From a virus, in the IMG/VR virus record IMGVR_UViG_3300030380_005901, positions 1 through 64,000 of that record: a stretch of DNA of 64,000 nucleotides; one strand, 5' to 3'. Shown piece after piece: positions 10,121 through 17,844 of this stretch; the first letter of the stretch is position 1, and the number at the start of each line of letters is the position of its first letter. The position numbers were made by a program, and so were the translations under genes. Below the pieces are notes generated by a model. It saw only the letters and a list, made by a program, of their open reading frames with translations, searched no databases and was not told the DNA's origin.

Positions 10121-10444
10121 TTAATACTTTAAAACATGATCTACTAAATTTTGTAAATCATCGGATAAATAATCAATCTGATAGTGAAAATCTTCAATTA
10201 TAAATCTCGCTATCTTATCTATCACCATATCTACCTTATCTGAAGGTATCATCTCTAGAATCGCTTCTCTTTCCATTAAGCTATCCCTTACTTCTTTTTC
10301 AATCATTTCAATAGTAATGGGACGGTGAAAATGGTTAACCATTTCTTCATCACCCATACGTTGTTCAGATAGTGTTCTCTTTACAATTCTTTTAAGGTCT
10401 GATTCTGTTAATCTAATTACCTTACCATTTTTCTTAATTTTCAT
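10121..10444 (-). CDS. leader-tagged small protein
   Basis: MKIKKNGKVIRLTESDLKRIVKRTLSEQ. Confidence 0.85.
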   Translation of the reverse strand: MKIKKNGKVIRLTESDLKRIVKRTLSEQRMGDEEMVNHFHRPITIEMIEKEVRDSLMEREAILEMIPSDKVDMVIDKIARFIIEDFHYQIDYLSDDLQNLVDHVLKY

Positions 10445-10489
10445 AATATAATGTTTTTTTATTTTTTCTATTTATTAATTTATTTAAAA

Positions 10490-11005
10490 TTACAAACCAA
10501 AAAATCCATCCACATCAATTTCAGGATCAACCATAAATGTATCAGCTCTACCATCATTAGACTTTAGTGATAATGTACATGGTTCTTGCAACATACCATC
10601 TATCTCATCTACTATTCTCAATAACCAATTTTTTATTGGGGTATAGAATTTATTATCTGCATCTATTTCCTTTTCTAAATGATTTATAATCATATTTTCA
10701 TATGCTTCAGCAGCTTGTTTATCTAAATCAGACCCCAAAGTCTTATTAAATTTAGAAAAGAAATCAACATAGTTAGTACCTGTAGAATCGTTGGTTCTTT
10801 CAGGATCATCAAACATACCATCACTACCTTCCCACCAATTTTCTACTTCTTTGCAGAAATTATATGCTTCATTGTAATCTGTATCACTCATTAGTTTTTG
10901 TGTTAACTTCACCATATCAGACTGTTCGTTTATTACTCTTTTTACAATTCTTTTAAGATCCGATTCTGTTAATCTGATTACCTTACCGTTCTTTTTAATT
11001 TTCAT
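10490..11005 (-). CDS. leader-tagged acidic protein
   Basis: MKIKKNGKVIRLTESDLKRIVKRVINEQ; first 23 aa identical to the neighbouring gene. Confidence 0.85.
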   Translation of the reverse strand: MKIKKNGKVIRLTESDLKRIVKRVINEQSDMVKLTQKLMSDTDYNEAYNFCKEVENWWEGSDGMFDDPERTNDSTGTNYVDFFSKFNKTLGSDLDKQAAEAYENMIINHLEKEIDADNKFYTPIKNWLLRIVDEIDGMLQEPCTLSLKSNDGRADTFMVDPEIDVDGFFGL

Positions 11006-11060
11006 AATATAATGTTTTTTTATATAAATATAACAACTTTATAAAAACGACAATTTAATA

Positions 11061-11102
11061 AGAGGGGGCTGGGGGGAGATTCCGACAGTTCCGCGGGTCA
11101 AG
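11061..11102. repeat. GC-rich dispersed element, copy 2
   Basis: Matches 1884-1929 (16/16 in AGTTCCGCGGGTCAAG, 10/10 in GGGGCTGGGG). Confidence 0.9.
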
Positions 11103-11108
11103 AAATAA

Positions 11109-11195
11109 TTATATATCGTTTGGCGGAAATAAGTCATCTAATAATGAACCACTCACTAATAATAATATCCCCAATAAAAAAAATATTACCATCAT
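11109..11195 (-). CDS. 28-aa single-TM peptide (MMVIFFLLGILLLVSGSLLDDLFPPNDI)
   Basis: Hand-translated; same position relative to the GC element as the 1957-2055 peptide. Confidence 0.45.
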   Translation of the reverse strand: MMVIFFLLGILLLVSGSLLDDLFPPNDI

Positions 11196-11310
11196 TTCAT
11201 TATGAACTTTACAAAATTCTTTATAAGTTCGTATAAAAAGATTATTGTAAGTATTTTTTCAATATCCCCCATTTATCATTAATAATATTGTATCGATATA
11301 TTTTTTAACG

Positions 11311-11595
11311 TTATCTTCCATTGTTTAGTCTATCTCCAATAATTGTCTTATATTCATCCCACACATAATAAATCTCATCATCGTTTAATCCATATATATC
11401 TCTACAATGTTCAATGAAAGAAGGAGGGGTGGAATAAGTGGAGGAAGGGTGAAAAAACTTGGGGACATAGTATGATTCAAAAGGATAAGCGTGAAAGGAA
11501 TTAAAAAAAGGTATATAAATTGTTTCCTCATCAAAATCTATATTAGTTTCCTTAACTAAACTTTTTAATACGTTATTTAAATATTTATCTTCCAT
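11311..11595 (-). CDS. single-copy repeat-domain protein with pyrimidine-rich variable core
   Basis: YLNNVLKSLVKETNIDF...IPF[variable]FIEHCRDIYGLNDDEIYYVWDEY. Confidence 0.85.
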   Translation of the reverse strand: MEDKYLNNVLKSLVKETNIDFDEETIYIPFFNSFHAYPFESYYVPKFFHPSSTYSTPPSFIEHCRDIYGLNDDEIYYVWDEYKTIIGDRLNNGR

Positions 11596-11605
11596 TAGTG
11601 ATTGT

Positions 11606-12343
11606 TTATCTATCGAAGTTGATAATAGTCTTAGTACCCATTACATTATAGTATTTATTGTATATGTCATTGTCTACATAATATTTACGTATCTTACTAT
11701 CTAGAATACCTACATACATCTCATAAACATATCTCATTTCATTATTACTTAATGGGAATATACTTTCACAGTATCTAATAAAAGGTCCTGAAAAAGGTAA
11801 TGTATACTGGAAACTATAAGTTGTGTTTTCAAAAAAGGGGTAGTTTACTCTCCATTTTTCATAATCTATATCAGTCTCCCTTAATAGTTGTTCTACCACC
11901 TTATCTAAATACTCTTTTTGTTTTTCATTTTTTAAATTTCTAATGAAATTTTTTATAAACATATCTCTAAATTGTATATCTCTACTCTCATTAATATCAT
12001 GTCTACCTATATCCCATATATTGACACCTCTTATACTTTCAAAATCTGGTTTAAATCTTTTTACTATTTCCTTTTCTATAATTTCCATATATCTACGCCA
12101 TAGTATTGCCGACTCCTCATAAGTTACCCCATAGATATCATTTACATATTTCTCGAATCGTTGTGGGTATTTATGATTTTCCCACCTACCGTCAATCCAA
12201 ATTGAAACGGACAATAAAGAATCACCCGTTAATTCTTCTTGTTTAAATATTGCAAATGGAAACGTTATCTTACTATCGGTTATGACAGTCTCTTTGAGTA
12301 ACCTTTCTAATACCTTATCTAAATATTCTTTCTGTTTGTCCAT
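11606..12343 (-). CDS. two-copy repeat-domain protein
   Basis: KQKEYLDKV twice, separated by INES. Confidence 0.85.
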   Translation of the reverse strand: MDKQKEYLDKVLERLLKETVITDSKITFPFAIFKQEELTGDSLLSVSIWIDGRWENHKYPQRFEKYVNDIYGVTYEESAILWRRYMEIIEKEIVKRFKPDFESIRGVNIWDIGRHDINESRDIQFRDMFIKNFIRNLKNEKQKEYLDKVVEQLLRETDIDYEKWRVNYPFFENTTYSFQYTLPFSGPFIRYCESIFPLSNNEMRYVYEMYVGILDSKIRKYYVDNDIYNKYYNVMGTKTIINFDR

Positions 12344-12389
12344 TACTTATCTTTGTCCCTATAAGTAAATATATTTGAATACTAAAAAA

Positions 12390-12640
12390 TACCTGGAAAA
12401 TTTTTTCCCATTACCCTTTTCCCACCAGAAATGGGTTGTGTTTTCAGAACTACGAAATTTCCTGGAAAATTTATGGAGAACATCACCCCCCCTTATTTCG
12501 TCAAAACACCCCCAGAGGGAAGGGGGGATACGTAGGGGTACTGGAGGGGGGACCCCCCAGAGAGGTTAAATAGGGGGGAGATAATAACGAATAAAATGAT
12601 AATTTAAAGAGTCCCCCCCTACCTATGTTGGAAAATCTGT
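12390..12640. other. G/C-homopolymer-rich non-coding block (candidate origin, packaging site or RNA)
   Basis: Multiple G5-7/C5-7 runs; CCTGGAAAATTT twice; minus-strand promoter-like sequence at 12646-12677 points into it. Confidence 0.45.
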
Positions 12641-12687
12641 TATACAAATATACGTATAATAAATGACAATATCAAATATATGGGCAT

Positions 12688-12958
12688 AAAAAAAGGGGAG
12701 AAATACTTTGTTTAAAACTCTATATTCCCTACCCCCTTTAAGGGTTCTTAGGTTAAAACTATTGGGGAGTGTTTTACCTCATCGCCCTGTTTGTTTATAA
12801 ATGTTACGCTCGGTAACCAATCACTTTTACTATATATATTTAACAACCAAACTATCAATTATGACTCCCCCTCTAGGGAGGGAAAGGGATGAACCCTTCA
12901 TACTTAATCGAATACAGATTGTGTTACCTCATCTATAAACATTATATCAAACAACTAT
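12688..12958 (-). ncRNA. candidate structured ncRNA (~270 nt)
   Basis: No long ORF; nested AAGGGTTC/GAACCCTT and GGGGAGT/ACTCCCC stems; ends AAAGGGG...CCCCTTTTTTT; TATATTTA promoter-like element upstream. Confidence 0.5.
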
Positions 12959-13005
12959 ACTATAAATATAAACCTTTTATTTGGAATAGTCAATAGTAAA
13001 ATGAA

Positions 13006-13218
13006 TTAAACCTCATCATCCTTTTCTATTAGGGTTTTTATTACCATTAGTATTCCTATTGGCCATATTGTTATCATTAAAATACGCTCACTCATAGAGA
13101 ACGATTCGAATAAATCCTCATCACCGTTTAGGATCCGTATCTCCTCTGCGTGATACTTCGTTGACACTTCCACAATAAATGTGAACCCTAATCCTATTAA
13201 AAAATAATACCATATCAT
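13006..13218 (-). CDS. small membrane protein
   Basis: Two hydrophobic segments; ERILMITIWPIG motif. Confidence 0.7.
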   Translation of the reverse strand: MIWYYFLIGLGFTFIVEVSTKYHAEEIRILNGDEDLFESFSMSERILMITIWPIGILMVIKTLIEKDDEV

Positions 13219-13264
13219 ATTAATAAATATAATGAAAAAATTTCATAAAAAAAAGTCCATTATT

Positions 13265-13479
13265 ATTTGGCAGTCTCATTTTTTTTTCGTACCTTTATAT
13301 TATGGGTCTGGTTCTGAAATAATACCGAAAGAGTGGACTCCACCCTGCGTTATATTTTTTTATTTTATATATGGAGCGTAACGGAGTCTACCCTCTTAGA
13401 GGTGATGTTCCTCTGACCCGTCTCGGACTCTCATCCACTGACAATATAAAGGTACGCATAATTTTTGACACTACCAAAT
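13265..13479. promoter_or_regulatory. pair of inverted promoter-like repeats facing a 141-bp structured core
   Basis: ATTTGGCAGTCTCA-N9-CGTACCTTTATATT (+, 13265-13301) and ATTTGGTAGTGTCA-N9-CGTACCTTTATATT (-, 13443-13479). Confidence 0.75.
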
Positions 13480-13547
13480 TTTTTAACACTTTTTTTCACA
13501 AAAGGATGAGGTTTGTATATATGGATATTTTTTTGTATATTTGTAAT

Positions 13548-13742
13548 ATGGAGAATGAAGTAGATTTGTCGGATTGGATCGATATTCAAGTAGGGACTAA
13601 TGATCTTGTATTTAGTGTATGGGGAATTGATGATCCTGTGAGTGCCTATCATAAAATACAATCAGTTAAAAGACTAGAAGAAGTAGGTGTTCATGTAACA
13701 TTCTACAATAGAGATAAAATTATACATAACTATGAGAAATAA
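13548..13742 (+). CDS. hypothetical protein (start re-called at MENEVDL; probably leaderless or very short leader)
   Basis: TTTG...TATATTTG promoter ends 4 nt before this ATG. Confidence 0.6.
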   Translation: MENEVDLSDWIDIQVGTNDLVFSVWGIDDPVSAYHKIQSVKRLEEVGVHVTFYNRDKIIHNYEK

Positions 13743-14079
13743 ATTTAAATCGTTTACACCAAGAGTTGATACCAAACGGAGATTAGTGATGACACGTTTC
13801 TACGCTGGTGTCCGTAATGAAAATACATTCTGTTATATTATACATCGTATTACTAAAAAGGACACCATAGATAAACGTTTCAAATATCTATACTGTTATA
13901 GTACCGATGACTATACTAATGTAAAAGAATTTCACCACGCATTAACTGGTGAACCATATCGGATCTATAAAAGTTCCTTTAAGGGGATATTTAAATTAAA
14001 GGATAAATTAAATCCTGTAAACATATGGAAACATTCGCAAACAATATCGCAACAGTCACCACAACCGATCTATTCGTAA
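13732..14079 (+). CDS. hypothetical basic protein
   Basis: ORF coupled to the upstream gene. Confidence 0.6.
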   Translation: MRNKFKSFTPRVDTKRRLVMTRFYAGVRNENTFCYIIHRITKKDTIDKRFKYLYCYSTDDYTNVKEFHHALTGEPYRIYKSSFKGIFKLKDKLNPVNIWKHSQTISQQSPQPIYS

Positions 14080-14578
14080 TGGGATTATTAATATGTGGAT
14101 TAGTAGGACTGATGATACACATATTCTATAAGGATGAGGTGTAGTGGTAAATAGTGGGAAAGGTACAGTAAAATGTTAATAACTTTTTCTTAAAATGTTT
14201 GATTTTATGGGAAAAAATTAGTATATTTGTATACATCCTAAAAATTCTGGAAATAAAAATTAGTGAAGATTTACGGAGGACGCAATGTTATTCACCACTT
14301 TTATGCACTAATGTTAATGATAATCCCACTTTTTCCCACCTTAGAGTACGTTTTTAATAAATAGTGATATTCTATTAGGTCACAGTACTTTTTACACTAT
14401 GGTACAGTATTGTAATTTAATTGTATAGGTATTAGGTACATCGTAAGGTAATATCTTTTTATATAAATGGTAGGACATTATCGTGACATTTAACTGTCTT
14501 ATACGGTCTTATTTTAGGTTATAAAAAAACCCCTATTAATATAGAGGTTTAAATATTTTTATACTATGGGGAATTAAT

Positions 14579-14869
14579 TTAAATTGGCATCCACCAATCT
14601 TTAATTTCTTCTTCTAATTCATCTCTATAATCCCAATCATCTTCTCTTTCTGGTTCTTCGGTTTCTAAATATTTTTCAATACCCCAACCAATGACGTTAT
14701 CATAGTATGAGAATGCATCACCAAATTCATCCATATTATGTTTGTCCATTATTGGTCCAATATATTTATCTAATATATGTCTATACAATTCTTCTCCTGT
14801 TCTTTGTTCAGTTAATACTCTTTTAACTATACGTTTAATATCTGATTCGTTTAATTTAATTACTTTCAT
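14579..14869 (-). CDS. leader-tagged acidic protein
   Basis: MKVIKLNESDIKRIVKRVLTEQ; TATTTATA upstream. Confidence 0.85.
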   Translation of the reverse strand: MKVIKLNESDIKRIVKRVLTEQRTGEELYRHILDKYIGPIMDKHNMDEFGDAFSYYDNVIGWGIEKYLETEEPEREDDWDYRDELEEEIKDWWMPI

Positions 14870-14956
14870 TTATTTATGTGTTTCTATATAAATATATACA
14901 GTTGAAGGAATGTTTTTAGTATAGGGAGAATTATTATGATCGTGAGTTATGAATCA

Positions 14957-15100
14957 TCATCCTTTTTGATTTTCTTTTTTCCAATGATACGCTCCAGATC
15001 CTATATAATAATCCTTTACGTATCCTCTCTTTTTCATTTCCTCTTCTATGGTAGTCCCATTTCTTTTAGAGGATGTCATTGCATAATAACTGTCGTACAT
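14957..15100 (-). CDS. 47-aa protein MYDSYYAMTSSKRNG...HWKKENQKG
   Basis: Hand-translated; TTTGG...TACATTTG promoter immediately upstream. Confidence 0.55.
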   Translation of the reverse strand: MYDSYYAMTSSKRNGTTIEEEMKKRGYVKDYYIGSGAYHWKKENQKG

Positions 15101-15128
15101 ATCTTTTATTTTCTACAAATGTATGGAA

Positions 15129-15656
15129 TTATTTTGTTAATTCCAAATCATCATCCTTTTTGATTTTAAATTTACTTATATCTACTACTTTTATATTTTT
15201 ATCTGTTTTTAATTGTATCTCCTCCTCATATGGATATTTTATATTGTTAACTAAAGTAGCTTTATAATCTATGTCCTCTGTCGGAACAGATATAGTAATA
15301 ATCCATAAATCATCTTCTATGTCTGGTTCATCTTCTTTAAAATGAAATGGGTATAAATTTTTCACCCAATCCATATCATATACATCAGGATTAGTTACAT
15401 AATGGAATCCTAATTTTTTAACATCAATTTCTTCTTTATTTTTAACCCAAACTACTCGGTATAAAAAAATATCTTTATAAACTTTTAATTTATTTAAATC
15501 ATCTATTAAGTCATTTAAATTAAATTCACTTTCAGTAGTATAAAGTAAATCTTCTAAAACATTCCTTTCATCAATAGTTAAATTATCTATATCCCCATAA
15601 AAGTCATCATAATTTACTGTCTCTTCCTTTAATATTTTTCTAATAAGGTTTTTCAT
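15129..15656 (-). CDS. leader-tagged ADP-ribosyltransferase-like protein
   Basis: MKNLIRKILKEE; LYRVV...GFHYV...YEEEI; homologous to the C-terminus of 6174..9293. Confidence 0.6.
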   Translation of the reverse strand: MKNLIRKILKEETVNYDDFYGDIDNLTIDERNVLEDLLYTTESEFNLNDLIDDLNKLKVYKDIFLYRVVWVKNKEEIDVKKLGFHYVTNPDVYDMDWVKNLYPFHFKEDEPDIEDDLWIITISVPTEDIDYKATLVNNIKYPYEEEIQLKTDKNIKVVDISKFKIKKDDDLELTK

Positions 15657-15657
15657 T

Positions 15658-16128
15658 TTAAATTTCTTCTATAAAGTACTCTGTAGGATTTGTAGTAAAA
15701 ACTCTTAATTCTGATTCATTAAAATCACCATACAAATACATATCGAATGAATCATACCAGTTTATATCACTTAAATTAAATAACGCAGTTATTCTAAATA
15801 ATTTTAAATCATTGGGGTTATCTTCTACGGCTTCCCAATCTATTACCTCATCACCGTATTTTTCGAACGACCAATAATTACCAAAGGGTTTTCTAATATC
15901 TTCTTTATTTTTAACCGCAACATTTCTATACAATACAATTTTATCTCCCTCTACTATATATTTTTTAATAGTATCTATAAAATGTTTTTTATAGTAATTT
16001 ACTGATTCACCTTCACTATATTTTGAATGAGAATTTAAACCCCATTTACCTGTGGTACGATCAAAGTCGCTTTGATTATATTTGAACTCTATCTCTTCCT
16101 TTAATATTTTTCTAATAAGGTTTTTCAT
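15658..16128 (-). CDS. leader-tagged ADP-ribosyltransferase-like protein
   Basis: MKNLIRKILKEE; LYRNV...GNYWS...NESEL (R-S-E pattern). Confidence 0.6.
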   Translation of the reverse strand: MKNLIRKILKEEIEFKYNQSDFDRTTGKWGLNSHSKYSEGESVNYYKKHFIDTIKKYIVEGDKIVLYRNVAVKNKEDIRKPFGNYWSFEKYGDEVIDWEAVEDNPNDLKLFRITALFNLSDINWYDSFDMYLYGDFNESELRVFTTNPTEYFIEEI

Positions 16129-16183
16129 ATAGTAATAAATATCACTATAAACATGATTAGTAAACCATCATCCTTTTTTGATT

Positions 16184-16558
16184 TTAAAATAGTTCTTTAA
16201 ACACCGGTGGTACATTAGGATTGTCCAAATCCAATATTTTAGTTTTAATAGTATCTTCACCTATCTCTATTGCTTTTGTCATTCTATGATTACCATCTAA
16301 TATATAGGACAACTTACCATTTTTTTTTACTATTACTATGGGATAACTTAAATCCGCTTTTAGTATTCTTTCTGGTTCAGTTTTTACTCTTGTAAAAGGA
16401 TTATCTAATGTGTCTACTATATATTGTACAGGTATATCATATACTTTATGGTTAGATAAATAATTTAAAACGTCATGTATACTTATCTTCTCAGCATCTG
16501 TTACCCAAGAAGTATCTCCCCATCCTTCACTCAATATTTTTCTAATAAGATTTTTCAA
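16184..16558 (-). CDS. leader-tagged ParB/Srx-like protein
   Basis: ADLSYPIVIV...ILDGNHRMTKA. Confidence 0.8.
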   Translation of the reverse strand: MKNLIRKILSEGWGDTSWVTDAEKISIHDVLNYLSNHKVYDIPVQYIVDTLDNPFTRVKTEPERILKADLSYPIVIVKKNGKLSYILDGNHRMTKAIEIGEDTIKTKILDLDNPNVPPVFKELF

Positions 16559-17085
16559 TATATTTTTCGTTGTATACTATCGATTATACCTTGCCCATAT
16601 TCATATACCAAAGTCCTCTCATTATCATTCAATGTTTTATCTTCCATTGCGTCTTCTAATATTCGTTGTATTTCCCCTATATCGTATTCAGTAAGGTCGT
16701 CAAAACTAAGTTCGTCATGTTCGTCATACACCCCATTCTCCAAATGAATCGCAAACTCGGACAGTTCCTCTAACCAAAAATCCATTCCTTTGGGTTCAAA
16801 CTCCATTTGTTCATTCAATACCCTTTTTACTATACGTTTAATATCTGATTCGTTTATTTCAACTACATCCATTTCTGTAGGTGGTAATTCATCCGCTTTT
16901 AAGTTAAGTACCTCAACAGATTCGTTACATATGTATTTAGTTACTTTTACGTCATATAATTCATTAAACTTCTCTACTTGTTTCATACCTCTTATGAGAT
17001 ACTGTTCTTCCGTTGTATATACTCTACGATGTTCTAAATGTCTAGTGTCTGGATCTCTAGCTTCTATAATGTAAAAAATTTTCAT
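16555..17085 (-). CDS. fusion protein with internal copy of the leader (EINESDIKRIVKRVLNEQ)
   Basis: DNA at ~16827-16855 matches the leader of 14579..14869. Confidence 0.75.
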   Translation of the reverse strand: MKIFYIIEARDPDTRHLEHRRVYTTEEQYLIRGMKQVEKFNELYDVKVTKYICNESVEVLNLKADELPPTEMDVVEINESDIKRIVKRVLNEQMEFEPKGMDFWLEELSEFAIHLENGVYDEHDELSFDDLTEYDIGEIQRILEDAMEDKTLNDNERTLVYEYGQGIIDSIQRKIY

Positions 17086-17097
17086 AATATTTTATTT

Positions 17098-17835
17098 TTA
17101 ATCTACTGTACCGTTAAATAAATCATCTAACTCTCCTTCGTAATTCTCACCAAAATAACTTAGATTCTCTTCCATTTGATGTAATATTCTTTGGGCAACT
17201 CTTACAATATCCTCATTCAAATGAGGGTTGTTTAATTCTCTACCTCTTCTCATTTGTTCTCTAATTTCTGCCCTTATTATCGACTCTAACCTTCTTCGAG
17301 TTATACTAGTTTGTCGATATTCATAATGATCATCCGTATATTCTCTTTGTTCAGTTAAAGTAAATGAATCATCATCCATAAATAAAAACTCCGCATTTTC
17401 AAATACGTTAGTTAATATATCATTTAAATCCTCATAGGTTAGTTTAGTATCACTATAATCTAACATTGATATTATTTCATTTGTTAGATTATCTGCAATC
17501 ATCTCTTTGACTTGTTCTTTGTCAGAATAGTCTCTTGATTCATCCATAGGAAATCTATTTTCTTTACCCTTAGTATCAAAAAACTTTAATTCATATAATT
17601 TTTTCTGATATATTTGTTCCGCATCTTTAAGATCCCATGAAGTTTGTATACTTTCTTCTTCTAAGTAATCAGTATCTAACCATTCACCGGTATCTTTATT
17701 TACTACTATTCTTCTAAGTGCTAAACCTACATCATAATAATCATTATGTGGACCTTCTGGTGGTGAATATTCCTCTGCTTCTGATGGAGCTTGTTCTAAT
17801 AATATTTTTTTTATAATTTCTTTAGTTGATTTCAT
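17098..17835 (-). CDS. leader-tagged multi-segment acidic protein
   Basis: MKSTKEIIKKILLEQ; internal MDES and LTEQ. Confidence 0.8.
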   Translation of the reverse strand: MKSTKEIIKKILLEQAPSEAEEYSPPEGPHNDYYDVGLALRRIVVNKDTGEWLDTDYLEEESIQTSWDLKDAEQIYQKKLYELKFFDTKGKENRFPMDESRDYSDKEQVKEMIADNLTNEIISMLDYSDTKLTYEDLNDILTNVFENAEFLFMDDDSFTLTEQREYTDDHYEYRQTSITRRRLESIIRAEIREQMRRGRELNNPHLNEDIVRVAQRILHQMEENLSYFGENYEGELDDLFNGTVD

Positions 17836-17844
17836 TGTATTTTT

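Noticed and set aside
11311-11595. Canonical diversity-generating retroelement
   Set aside because: No reverse transcriptase and no TR/VR pair differing only at adenines is visible in the window; only the compositional anomaly is reported.
12375-12569. 64-aa plus-strand ORF
   Set aside because: TTG start, composition driven by G/C homopolymer runs; probably non-coding.
13371-13547. N-terminal extension of ORF 13371..13742 and antisense ORF 13431..13661
   Set aside because: It runs through the structured core and promoter arms; a promoter directly precedes the ATG at 13548.
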